Shown here: in pieces, positions 45,216-54,407 of the stretch | Layout of the letters: each line of letters starts with the position of its first letter | Position numbering within the stretch: the first letter of the stretch is position 1 | Source of the DNA: Escherichia phage vB_EcoD-Elw | Direction: 5' to 3' (one strand) | DNA length: 64,000 bases | Sequence record: OR621298 | Made by a program: the position numbers and the translations under genes | Notes under the pieces: model-generated | Told to the model about the DNA's origin: nothing | Seen by the model: the letters and a program-made list of their open reading frames with translations, nothing else | The model's database searches: none

Positions 45216-45431
45216 TCACTTGCCCAGCAGTTTAAGGATATTTTCCATAATAGTTTGGGCAGACTTTTCACTCTTGTTGGTTTCAGCCAACTTTAAAGCG
45301 AGTTCTTCCTGCTGTTTCTGAATATCCGCAGCAATTTTTTGATCAGCCTCAATACGAGCTTGAAGCTCATCAGTGATAGTGGTAAAGGAAGCAACGATTT
45401 CAGTAACGGAGCGTGGTTTCTTAGAGAACAT
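45216..45431 (-). CDS. hypothetical coiled-coil protein
   Basis: 71-aa ORF; RBS AAGGATA; hairpin terminator downstream. Confidence 0.45.
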   Translation of the reverse strand: MFSKKPRSVTEIVASFTTITDELQARIEADQKIAADIQKQQEELALKLAETNKSEKSAQTIMENILKLLGK

Positions 45432-45495
45432 AAAAAATATCCTTGATTAGTTAGAGAATTAGTAGATTGTAGGGGCTTCTGCCCCTATTTATCTA

Positions 45496-46011
45496 TTACT
45501 TCGCTTTACGCTTGCGAGCTGGTTTAGCAGATTTACGAGCAGAATCACCCGTGAACTTAATGCCTACACCGTAACACAGAGCACGAACGTTATCTTTGCT
45601 ATACTCTACACCGAAGATATTTGGCTTAACAGAACCAAACTGTCCACGAGCATCACGCAGTACATCTGCCGTTGGTTTGCGTTTCTGGTTAACTGATTTC
45701 TCGTAATCTTTCATGGCCATGCCATTACGAGGGAACAATTCTGCTCCAGCATTGAAACTCAGTGTTACTGGAACAGATTTGTGACCATAACCTTGTACAT
45801 AGGTCACAAGGCGGGCTACAGAACGAGTAGCGTTCTTAGCCTTCGGCTTTTGACGAATCGGGGCCGGACGATTCAGTGCCTGTGCAGCTTGAGCATCAGT
45901 AGGGTGTTTGCGCAGGTGGCGTTCCAGACGAGCTTTGCGGTTAGCCTCAGTCTGAGGGAAAGTTTTAACTGCCGGAGCTGCTTGAGTTTTTGCGTTTTTC
46001 TGCTTAGCCAT
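45496..46011 (-). CDS. basic protein, probable nucleic-acid binding
   Basis: 171-aa ORF; K/R-rich N- and C-termini; RBS AAAGGAAAA. Confidence 0.5.
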   Translation of the reverse strand: MAKQKNAKTQAAPAVKTFPQTEANRKARLERHLRKHPTDAQAAQALNRPAPIRQKPKAKNATRSVARLVTYVQGYGHKSVPVTLSFNAGAELFPRNGMAMKDYEKSVNQKRKPTADVLRDARGQFGSVKPNIFGVEYSKDNVRALCYGVGIKFTGDSARKSAKPARKRKAK

Positions 46012-46049
46012 TATTTGTTTTCCTTTTTGTTTATCAATTTATGAAGTAT

Positions 46050-46078
46050 ATTATACGGTAATTTGAAGCGTTTAGCAA
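46050..46078 (-). promoter_or_regulatory. T5-type early promoter
   Basis: -10 TATAAT, -35 TTGCTA, 17-bp spacer. Confidence 0.55.
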
Positions 46079-46086
46079 ATGAATTT

Positions 46087-46536
46087 TTAATTTATTAACT
46101 GTAAGCTTCTTTTAATTTCAGACCTTACCTGCATCAAAAGAACTCCTAAAGTATTGTCCCCGATGCCTCGGCAAACACCCCAATATGTATCTCCCCAGGT
46201 ATTTCCTTCGATCAAAGTTGCATTTTTTGTTGCTAACAGTTTGTCTCTCAAATCAGGGATTGCAAACTTTAACCGTAAAAGCTCTAGCATTACATCATCT
46301 TTTACCTTATCCCAGTCAGAGCGTAGAGTTAATTTACGTCCTCTACGTTTGGCAACTCCTGCATTTAGGGAGCGCAGTACATGAGCTACATCATCTTTTT
46401 GGTCAGATTTCATAGCCTGAAAAGCATGTTCTACAGTATCAGCATGCCATATTTCATTTAGATATTCGAAAGTAATTGGTGATAAATAAAAGTTAGATAA
46501 GAAACTATAAGTACCTTTAAATTCAGTAATCTTCAT
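46087..46536 (-). CDS. NADAR-family (YbiA-like, DUF1768) protein
   Basis: 149-aa ORF; FKGTYSFLSNFY...EHAFQAMK matches the NADAR core as I recall it. Confidence 0.6.
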   Translation of the reverse strand: MKITEFKGTYSFLSNFYLSPITFEYLNEIWHADTVEHAFQAMKSDQKDDVAHVLRSLNAGVAKRRGRKLTLRSDWDKVKDDVMLELLRLKFAIPDLRDKLLATKNATLIEGNTWGDTYWGVCRGIGDNTLGVLLMQVRSEIKRSLQLIN

Positions 46537-46817
46537 TTTTTACGCCCCGCATCTTTAGCCTCCTCGGCTGTATAGATATACTGATAAGCCCCTTTGGAGT
46601 AGGCTGGAGCAGTACACATTTTCTTACGCTCAATCTCTTCTTGAGCTTTTCTTTCGCGTTCAGCTAATTCTTCGTCCAGATAAACTAAACGTTGTTCTGG
46701 AGGAGGTGGAAGACGTGTTTCTGGCTCACCAATATTAGCCTTTCTTATTTGACGAGGTGATTGTGCACGTTTTCTCAATGGTTTAAATCCTAGTGAATTT
46801 GAGTTATAAATCCGCAT
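46533..46817 (-). CDS. hypothetical protein
   Basis: 94-aa ORF; RBS GGAGG; stop overlaps NADAR start (ATGA). Confidence 0.5.
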   Translation of the reverse strand: MRIYNSNSLGFKPLRKRAQSPRQIRKANIGEPETRLPPPPEQRLVYLDEELAERERKAQEEIERKKMCTAPAYSKGAYQYIYTAEEAKDAGRKK

Positions 46818-46893
46818 AAAGCCCTCCTCACTTTCAATACGAATATTATACTAAATTAGAGAGCTTTAAGCAAGAGAATTTTTAATTTATTTA

Positions 46894-47370
46894 TTACATC
46901 TCAGCCATTTCAGCTTCAGTAATAACTGTGTTACACAGTGCATCTACAGCTTCATTACCACTAATACCAGAATGTCCTTTAACCTTAATAAAGGTAGGAT
47001 TAGTATTATGAAAGTTGATATACTGCTGTGTTAATTTAAATGCTTCCTGCCAAAGTTCTAGATTAAGAGGAACTTCACCATCTGCTTTCTTCCAGCCTTT
47101 CCTTTGCCAAGAAAACATCCAACTTTCCATACCATTTTTGCAATAAGCAGAATCAGTATAGATAACAATTGGTCTATTATCTTTTTTAACTGACCAACGT
47201 AGAGCCTCTACAATAGCCGTGAGTTCCATCTCATTATTTGTAGTTTTAGGACTATATCCAGATTTAGAACCTAAACGATCATCGTTATCATCATAGACAA
47301 TAAATCCCCAAGCACCTGGACCTGGGTTAGACTTACAAGCACCATCTGTGTAAATGTGGAAAACCGACAT
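46894..47370 (-). CDS. rnh: ribonuclease H (RNase HI-like)
   Basis: 158-aa ORF; YTDGAC, TNNEMELTA, YTDS and C-terminal D motifs in RNase HI order. Confidence 0.8.
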   Translation of the reverse strand: MSVFHIYTDGACKSNPGPGAWGFIVYDDNDDRLGSKSGYSPKTTNNEMELTAIVEALRWSVKKDNRPIVIYTDSAYCKNGMESWMFSWQRKGWKKADGEVPLNLELWQEAFKLTQQYINFHNTNPTFIKVKGHSGISGNEAVDALCNTVITEAEMAEM

Positions 47371-47639
47371 TATTTGCTCCAGTCAATTTCAAGCCAAAAA
47401 CCTTCACGCTGCTCATACTTAGCTTCTACGACATAGCCTAGTTTAGTGAGTCGTTGCATAACGCTGTTTCTGGCGTTTTCTGAATATTCAGTTAATCCCT
47501 GAATATGGCAGTTAAATTCTTTTTCTTTGATTGCTTTATCAATCTCTACGGCAATAAGTGACTCTAGATTAAGTACTTCCTGTTTAATAACAGCAATAGT
47601 ATTTTGTTTTGCTTCTAAAGCAGATAAAAGAATAGACAT
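47370..47639 (-). CDS. hypothetical protein
   Basis: 89-aa ORF; translationally coupled to neighbours. Confidence 0.45.
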   Translation of the reverse strand: MSILLSALEAKQNTIAVIKQEVLNLESLIAVEIDKAIKEKEFNCHIQGLTEYSENARNSVMQRLTKLGYVVEAKYEQREGFWLEIDWSK

Positions 47640-47893
47640 TAGTTTTCGCCTTCTATAATTACCCTAGTCGCTGGAGGAATTGGCGGCATAGGAGGAATAC
47701 ATGGTTGACCTCTCTGTGCATCATTTAGTACTCTTGGCGGTTCAGGTCTAATTGCCTTTAATTCCTTTTCTAGGAATTGTTCTAACGCCCGTTCTACAAA
47801 ATGATCGAAAGGTAAGTGATAATACTGAGACAGAGCTAAGAACCTACGTTCTTGACTTTGTGTTAAATAAACTTTCTTTTTAAATAGTCCCAT
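47639..47893 (-). CDS. hypothetical protein
   Basis: Track ORF trimmed to M15 (the N-terminal 14 codons are the promoter read backwards); RBS GGAGA. Confidence 0.45.
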   Translation of the reverse strand: MGLFKKKVYLTQSQERRFLALSQYYHLPFDHFVERALEQFLEKELKAIRPEPPRVLNDAQRGQPCIPPMPPIPPATRVIIEGEN

Positions 47894-47917
47894 AGTTGTC
47901 TCCGATTTATAAAATAT

Positions 47918-47946
47918 ATTATATCTAAATTTCACTCAGTAAGCAA
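47918..47946 (-). promoter_or_regulatory. T5-type early promoter
   Basis: -10 TATAAT, -35 TTGCTT, 17-bp spacer. Confidence 0.55.
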
Positions 47947-47985
47947 ATGAAATTTAAATATAATAGCCCCGAAGGGCTATTTGAG

Positions 47986-48825
47986 TTAAGAAGACATCTT
48001 AGCTTTAAGAGCTGGGTGAGGATCGTACCCCTCTAAATGGAATGACCAAGCTGCAGTATTATTCTCCAGTAAATCGTAGAGATCTACAAATTCTGGCATT
48101 ACTAGAGTTGGTAAAGAACGAGGTTTACGTTTTACCTGTTCTTCTACCTGTTCCATATGGTCATTATAGATATGAGTATCACCGCCACTAAAGATAAGGT
48201 AGCGAGGTTTTAATCCAGTCAGTTTTGCCAGGATATGTGTTAATAAAGCATAACTAGCAATATTGAAAGGTAAACCGAGGAAACAATCCACAGAGCGTTG
48301 TGTCCATTTAAGATCTAGGTATCCATCGTTACTTACATAGCACTGGAAGCCGTAGTGACAAGGTGGTAATGCCATTTTATCAAGTTCAGCTACGTTCCAC
48401 GCAGAAACTAGATGTCTGCGGCCATGAGGATTATTCTTGAGTCCTTCAATAAGTTCTAGAATCTGATCTCGCCCACCAAAGTTACGCCACTGTTTACCAT
48501 ATACCGGTCCTAGATTACCCTTATCATACCCCATACTTATAGCTTGGTCTTCATAATTTGGAGTCCAGATGGTCCACTGTCCTTCGTCACGACCAAATGT
48601 GAATACACGTAGATCATGGAGATTTGTGGAACCAGACAAGAACCATAAGAGTTCTCCTACTACGGATTTCCAAGCTAGACGTTTAGTGGTTACAGCTGGG
48701 AATCCCTCACGTAGATCGAATTTAGCGTAAGAATCAAAAATTGAAACTGTGCCTGTTCCTGTACGGTCATTACGGGGTTCACCTAGTAAAATTACATCTG
48801 TCAAAATTTTTAAGTATTGTTGCAT
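47986..48825 (-). CDS. thyA: thymidylate synthase
   Basis: 279-aa ORF; ThyA active-site region LPPCHYGFQCYV and overall ThyA-like sequence. Confidence 0.9.
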   Translation of the reverse strand: MQQYLKILTDVILLGEPRNDRTGTGTVSIFDSYAKFDLREGFPAVTTKRLAWKSVVGELLWFLSGSTNLHDLRVFTFGRDEGQWTIWTPNYEDQAISMGYDKGNLGPVYGKQWRNFGGRDQILELIEGLKNNPHGRRHLVSAWNVAELDKMALPPCHYGFQCYVSNDGYLDLKWTQRSVDCFLGLPFNIASYALLTHILAKLTGLKPRYLIFSGGDTHIYNDHMEQVEEQVKRKPRSLPTLVMPEFVDLYDLLENNTAAWSFHLEGYDPHPALKAKMSS

Positions 48826-49358
48826 TAATAAGTAACCAATTCCTGTACAAATCGCAGGCTGTTATCACTGTTTGCGCCAACTGCATAGACTAATCGAGTG
48901 GATTCATAGTTATAATCCAGTATCATACTATCTAGGTGTGTATCTGCCTCTAGCTTCTGTTCGCTAAAGATTGTAGATACAAAAGCGCTTTCAATATGCC
49001 CATGTTGGTACATTTCTAGAAGAAGATTAGCCCCACCTAGAACTACTGTTTGTTGATCTTTTAGAAAAGTAGGTAATGTATCACCTATCATTGATATGGG
49101 AGTGTAAATATCATGTGTAATATCGTCTGGCAGTGGACGATCAGCACGAATAAATAGGTCAGAAGCTCCAATCATACGTTCTCTAACGGCGTATGGAAGA
49201 GCTAAATAAGTACCCGCACCAATGATAATATTATCTGGATTCAACACGTCCAGTTGAGAATAGAAAGCATCTAGTTCTTCTTTGAAGGAACCCCATGGAA
49301 GTTTACCGCGGAGGCCGAACTCCCCATTCGGCCCAACTGCATACATTGCTGTAATCAT
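48825..49358 (-). CDS. dihydrofolate reductase
   Basis: 177-aa ORF; N-terminal MITAMYAVGPNGEFG...LPW pattern; coupled to thyA and nrdB. Confidence 0.75.
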   Translation of the reverse strand: MITAMYAVGPNGEFGLRGKLPWGSFKEELDAFYSQLDVLNPDNIIIGAGTYLALPYAVRERMIGASDLFIRADRPLPDDITHDIYTPISMIGDTLPTFLKDQQTVVLGGANLLLEMYQHGHIESAFVSTIFSEQKLEADTHLDSMILDYNYESTRLVYAVGANSDNSLRFVQELVTY

Positions 49359-50500
49359 AAGAAATCTCCAAATTCATTACCCAGATCTTTCAGAGTATCA
49401 GTAGAGGTCTCAGTTACCTGACCTACACGGTAGGCTGCACCAATCTGGATTTCTTGCGGAGCAGGCTGTAGAGAAGTAGTATCCAACCAGTTCATGATCC
49501 ACGGAATAGGGTTTTTGGTGATTACTGGTAAGTGACTAGGCCATTCTACACCAATGTGCATAAATGCATTACGCCCCACAAAGTACAGATATTCTTCTAG
49601 AAGTTCTGCGTTCAAGCCAATCAGACTACGACCTTTGAAAATGAAATGACCCCATTCAATTTCAGTTTTCAGAGTTTTCAGGAGCTGTGCTGGTGCTTTA
49701 GCCACTGCTTCATCTACCAGATCTTTATCAAACTGCTGGAACATAATCTGGATGATTGCTTTAGACATCTGGGTGTGCAGAGCCTCATCTTTAGCGATTA
49801 ATTGCAGATTTTTAGCAATACCTTGCAGAATATCGTTCTCTGCTAATGCAAAGGTACATGCAAAGGATGCGTAAAACTGCATTGCTTCCAGACCATAGAT
49901 AGCAAAGTAAGCGTCTAATAGTTTAGCCTGAGTTTCACGTTTAACTTCAGGGAACTCCGTTTCTGGATATGTATTGTCGCCACGATGATCGCGTACTGCG
50001 ATGAAATACTGACCTAACTGGTACAGTTCATCGAATAGTTCAACAGAATCAGCGATGCGTGCGAATGCTTCTTGGTTTTTGGTTACAGAATCAATAAATT
50101 CTGCTGGGTCAGTCAGCACATTACGAATAATATTGCTATAAGCACGACTATGCAGGTCTTCAAAATAGCTCCACTGTTTGAGCATACCTTCCAATTCTGG
50201 ACGACTTACAAGTGGCATAATAGCTGCTTCAGGGGCACGACTGATAAAGGAATCAGTTTGAGTCTGCCATGCTAGGTTCAGGAGTGTAATTTCCTGAATT
50301 TCCCGTGGGAGGTTAGGCCATTGTTTCTTATCTGCTTCCAGACTGATTTCAGTTTCAGTCCAAAATTGAGAGCGTTGCAGAAGTGCCAGACGTTCTAGTT
50401 CTGGATGTGCTACACGTACATAATCTGCGATACCGAGAGAATCTCCCAGGAAAAGGTCAGCATTAGTATGCTCCCAATTCAGGTTTAGTAAAGTAGTCAT
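49355..50500 (-). CDS. nrdB: ribonucleotide reductase class Ia beta subunit
   Basis: 381-aa ORF; size, ferritin-like iron-ligand spacing, position next to nrdA. Confidence 0.8.
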   Translation of the reverse strand: MTTLLNLNWEHTNADLFLGDSLGIADYVRVAHPELERLALLQRSQFWTETEISLEADKKQWPNLPREIQEITLLNLAWQTQTDSFISRAPEAAIMPLVSRPELEGMLKQWSYFEDLHSRAYSNIIRNVLTDPAEFIDSVTKNQEAFARIADSVELFDELYQLGQYFIAVRDHRGDNTYPETEFPEVKRETQAKLLDAYFAIYGLEAMQFYASFACTFALAENDILQGIAKNLQLIAKDEALHTQMSKAIIQIMFQQFDKDLVDEAVAKAPAQLLKTLKTEIEWGHFIFKGRSLIGLNAELLEEYLYFVGRNAFMHIGVEWPSHLPVITKNPIPWIMNWLDTTSLQPAPQEIQIGAAYRVGQVTETSTDTLKDLGNEFGDFL

Positions 50501-50531
50501 TGATTTTCCTCTTTCTCACTATTTCAGGAAT

Positions 50532-50560
50532 ATTATAGCAAATCTGGTAGCGATTAGCAA
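50532..50560 (-). promoter_or_regulatory. T5-type early promoter
   Basis: -10 TATAAT, -35 TTGCTA, 17-bp spacer upstream of nrdB. Confidence 0.5.
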
Positions 50561-50606
50561 GTAAAATTTCAAAGAAAAAGGAGACCCGAAGATCTCCTTA
50601 TTTTTA

Positions 50607-52937
50607 TTAAATAGTACAACCACCGGATGCACAACCGGCTGCTTCTTCTCCAGCACCTCCACCATTTGCGGTATTGAAGTTAGCATAATACCAAGTTTTC
50701 CACCCATACTTAACAGCAGTCATGAAATCACGAACTACTACTGGACCAGGAATGATTTCATTCTCAAACTTGGTGTAGTCATAGTACATATTCGTACTGA
50801 TAGACTGACTGAAGAATTTCTGCATAGTTGCTACCCATTTGATCCACTCGATACGATCTACATCATAAGCCAGTTTATAGCTCATTAACGTTTCCCAATC
50901 GGTTGCACCCGGAGCAATTGCAATTACTTTATTCACTGCACTACCCTTGATAGATACAATCTTACGAGGCGGTTCAATAGAGTTAGTAACACCTAACAGA
51001 ACAGAAGAACTTTCTCCCGGCATCTGAGCAGTCAGAACAGAGTTACGCATACCGTATTTCAGAATATCTGCACGCAGAGACTCCCAATCCATTTCTAGAC
51101 CTACGGATACCAGTTCATCAACAGTTTTCTTGTACGTGTCTATTACCAGAATTCCTTTAGATGGTTTAGTACGATCAAACCACTCACATGCACCCTGTTC
51201 TTTAGCTAGGCGTACAGAGGCTTTATGCAGGAAGTAAGACAGTTTTTCAGCCTCACGGTGAATCCAGTTACGGGCTTCAATACCTTCATAAGCCAGACCT
51301 TCTGCTGCCATTGCACCTGCTGCGTTCATCAGGCCAATACCAACATTACGACGTTTCTTAGCCGTATATTCCATAGTTGGGAACGGATAATCCTGAATTT
51401 CAATAATTGTATCAACGAATTTCAGAAGGATGTAGCAAGTTTTTTCCCACTCAGCCAGAGATTCCATGCGCCCCAGTACAACACCACCTAAGTTACACAG
51501 AGATACTTCACCAATGTCCTCCGGCTTCATTTGATCAAGCTGCTCTTTTGTCTTATACAGCTCTGTAATGTGATGGAATGGGCGTGTAGGCTGAGTAATC
51601 TCAACACAAAGGTTTGTCATACGGATCGGATCAAGGAAATTACCGTGACGATTAGATTCCCCGATATGATGAGCATACATACGTCCTGTTTCCATTCGGA
51701 TACGTAGCCAAGTATCTAGGATTTCTTTTGCAGAGACTTTAGGAGCTGCAGGAACTGTTTTTCCTTCGTGGTCGATCTTTGTAAGAGATGCCACACGTTT
51801 CTCCGCTGCCACGTAGATTTCTTCAAATTTAGCCTCGTCATCACTATAAAACGCTTCATGAACTTCTGGAGCATAGAAGTATGACATTAGCGTAATATCT
51901 TCATTTTTCAGATAACGTTTTAACAAAAGATTGTTGAAACTCAGAGAATAATCCATCTTATCGATTTTATTCTCATCTGTAGCACGTTGTTGCTTAACCT
52001 GCATCAATTGAATGATTTCAGGGTCGAAGTACGGATAAGACACTGTAGCAGAACCACCACGAGTTTGCTGAGTATTGGCCTTTACTGAGCGGTCAATGTG
52101 TCGATAATATGGCAGTTTTCCGGAATGCGGGAATGCCCCATTTCGCACCGGATCAGCAATTGATCGGCTTTCAAGATGATACCCGATTCCCGCTCTGGCT
52201 GCGACCATTTTGAAGACGATGTGCTCGGCGGTGTCGATTGAATCCAACGTGTCAGTGGAATCCACGAGGCAGCAACTAGCAAATCCACGGTCACTAGAGC
52301 GCAGACCAACCAGTGGCGGCGTAGGAACGTTGATTTTGTGGAGTGACATTGCGTTGTAGAGGTCGATTGCATCTAGAATTGTCCAGTTAGGTTGAGATAG
52401 CATCGCCATTGCCATACCCATGTAGGCAAACTGCGGGGTTTCATAAATTTCACCAGTGGCTATATTACGACGGGAATATTTATCAAAGAACTGTTTCAGC
52501 CCACCACTAGTAAAAAGACGGTCACGATCATGGTCGATAACCTGATTCAGAGCTTCAAATTGCTCATCGGTAATCCATGCACTCATGTCTTCCCATGCAC
52601 CTACGCTAACCATGTGGTCATGGAAGAAACGTAGAGAAGGTGGTTCGAAAGAGTCATAAAGGCGCTTACGCATTTGCGCAAGACGTAATTCCTTTGCTGG
52701 CACATCGTATGCTGGGTTATCTTTGATAAGACTTTCAGCAGCTTTAATTAATGCGTCCATCAGAGTGTCGGAATCTACAACCCCTTTAGGTAGAGTTTTT
52801 TGAGCAGCCATAGTAATGGCTGACCAACTTACATCAACTGTTTTGCAACCATACTCCGCCCAACCATTGAGTTTTTCAGGAGCAAAGTCTTCTACAGTAC
52901 CGTCACGTTTAATTACTTTTTCAATGCGATGGCTCAT
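50607..52937 (-). CDS. nrdA: ribonucleotide reductase class Ia alpha subunit
   Basis: Track ORF 50607..53042 trimmed to MSHRIEKVIKRDG (ATP-cone start) with RBS AAAGGAAAG. Confidence 0.85.
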   Translation of the reverse strand: MSHRIEKVIKRDGTVEDFAPEKLNGWAEYGCKTVDVSWSAITMAAQKTLPKGVVDSDTLMDALIKAAESLIKDNPAYDVPAKELRLAQMRKRLYDSFEPPSLRFFHDHMVSVGAWEDMSAWITDEQFEALNQVIDHDRDRLFTSGGLKQFFDKYSRRNIATGEIYETPQFAYMGMAMAMLSQPNWTILDAIDLYNAMSLHKINVPTPPLVGLRSSDRGFASCCLVDSTDTLDSIDTAEHIVFKMVAARAGIGYHLESRSIADPVRNGAFPHSGKLPYYRHIDRSVKANTQQTRGGSATVSYPYFDPEIIQLMQVKQQRATDENKIDKMDYSLSFNNLLLKRYLKNEDITLMSYFYAPEVHEAFYSDDEAKFEEIYVAAEKRVASLTKIDHEGKTVPAAPKVSAKEILDTWLRIRMETGRMYAHHIGESNRHGNFLDPIRMTNLCVEITQPTRPFHHITELYKTKEQLDQMKPEDIGEVSLCNLGGVVLGRMESLAEWEKTCYILLKFVDTIIEIQDYPFPTMEYTAKKRRNVGIGLMNAAGAMAAEGLAYEGIEARNWIHREAEKLSYFLHKASVRLAKEQGACEWFDRTKPSKGILVIDTYKKTVDELVSVGLEMDWESLRADILKYGMRNSVLTAQMPGESSSVLLGVTNSIEPPRKIVSIKGSAVNKVIAIAPGATDWETLMSYKLAYDVDRIEWIKWVATMQKFFSQSISTNMYYDYTKFENEIIPGPVVVRDFMTAVKYGWKTWYYANFNTANGGGAGEEAAGCASGGCTI

Positions 52938-53007
52938 TTGGCTTTCCTTTTTATATTTATCAGGATTTAAGGAATATTCTACTTTATTATTGGTCATTAG
53001 GCAAATA

Positions 53008-53040
53008 AAATTTTCTGATAGAAAAGGCCCGGGTATTTTC
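53008..53040 (-). terminator. rho-independent terminator
   Basis: stem GGGCCTGGGTA/TACCCGGGCC followed by UUUU in minus sense. Confidence 0.55.
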
Positions 53041-53079
53041 ATACCCAGGCCCTGTATATTACCAGTCTAGCTTTTTAGC

Positions 53080-53301
53080 TTATTCAATTACTTTAGCTCT
53101 AGCCACTTCTTTTAATAGAATATCTATGGAGGTGCTCAGCTCGTTATAATTGAATGGTTTATTTGGATTTGAGGTTACAATTTTCCACGCTAGGGTTGTC
53201 TTAGGACTTTCTTCCCCTTCCTTACGTGTAATCATATTGGCAGCACTCAGTGAAGTACGATGTATTTTAGTTTTACGGCTCAGATGAACGACGTTTCCCA
53301 T
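53080..53301 (-). CDS. hypothetical protein
   Basis: Track ORF 53080..53370 trimmed to ATG just after the phoH stop; RBS GGGGAAGG. Confidence 0.4.
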   Translation of the reverse strand: MGNVVHLSRKTKIHRTSLSAANMITRKEGEESPKTTLAWKIVTSNPNKPFNYNELSTSIDILLKEVARAKVIE

Positions 53302-53302
53302 A

Positions 53303-54055
53303 TTACACCTTCCCCATGTCTTTAAAGATGTCATAGAATGCTTTAGACTCAACAGAACGAACGTTATCAATCAATTCAATCATTGAGAATGGGGCATTTT
53401 CGTATTTCTCATAGACTTCCATAAGGAGTGCTAGACCTGAGTCACCTTTAATGTCTTTCTGAGCTATATCTCCGCAGATAATTAAACGGCAGTCTTGCCC
53501 TACACGAGTTAGAAGACAAATCATTGCCTCAACGGAAATATTCTGAGCTTCATCGACAATTACATAGGAGTTGTTGAAAGTTCTGCCACGAGCATGTTCG
53601 ACAGCCAAAAATTTAATTTTCTGACGTTCGACATATCCCTTATAGGCGTGATCGCCGATGGCCCATTTCATACCATCAGCTATTGGCTCTAACCAAGGCT
53701 CTAGCTTTTCCGCTAGATCACCAGGAAGCATACCAAGAGACTTACCTAGAGGTTCATTAGGACGTACGAGAATCACTTGCTCAATATCTGAGTGAATGTC
53801 TACGAGTTCCTGAGCTGCAAGAACGGACGGAATAAAGGTTTTACCAGTACCTGGCTCACCGATACCCACAGTTACTGTGTTGTTCTTGATCATATTGATA
53901 TATGATTTTTGCTCGCGGTTTTTACCTACTAGGGATTTAGCAACTGGGTTAGCGTAATCATTAGAAAAATCAGCCTGAATTACGTTATTCTCATATTTGT
54001 TGCCACGCTTTCTTGAACCATTGCGGTTCTCTCTTTTTTGACGTGCTTTTCCCAT
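53303..54055 (-). CDS. phoH: PhoH-like P-loop ATPase
   Basis: Track ORF (GTG) trimmed to ATG with RBS AGGAG; Walker A GEPGTGKT. Confidence 0.75.
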   Translation of the reverse strand: MGKARQKRENRNGSRKRGNKYENNVIQADFSNDYANPVAKSLVGKNREQKSYINMIKNNTVTVGIGEPGTGKTFIPSVLAAQELVDIHSDIEQVILVRPNEPLGKSLGMLPGDLAEKLEPWLEPIADGMKWAIGDHAYKGYVERQKIKFLAVEHARGRTFNNSYVIVDEAQNISVEAMICLLTRVGQDCRLIICGDIAQKDIKGDSGLALLMEVYEKYENAPFSMIELIDNVRSVESKAFYDIFKDMGKV

Positions 54056-54128
54056 AAATAACACTCCTATAGTGTACTTCGCTAACAGAGGATCAACAAA
54101 AAGATCTTGTTTATCAACTTACAAATAT

Positions 54129-54157
54129 ATTATACCAATATATACAGTAAAAAGCAA
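54129..54157 (-). promoter_or_regulatory. T5-type early promoter
   Basis: -10 TATAAT, -35 TTGCTT, 17-bp spacer upstream of phoH. Confidence 0.55.
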
Positions 54158-54349
54158 CTACAATTTTAAATAAGCCTATGATATTGCATTTAAATAAAAA
54201 ATTTGCTTGCTTTTAACGTGAGATGTGTGATACTAGATAATCATTTTATATCGCGTGCACGAGTGCGTGATTATACAATTTTTAATAGAAATTGGCAAAT
54301 AAAATTTTTTGACTCAGATCATGTTGCAGAACTTTATAGTAAAATATTG

Positions 54350-54378
54350 TTGACATCCGCCCTCGAATGAGTTATAAT
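54350..54378 (+). promoter_or_regulatory. consensus sigma70 promoter (-35 TTGACA, -10 TATAAT) for nrdD
   Basis: Perfect hexamers with 17-bp spacer, ~30 nt upstream of the nrdD start. Confidence 0.65.
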
Positions 54379-54407
54379 AGTAGTCTTAGTTAGAGAAGGA
54401 GAGTGTA

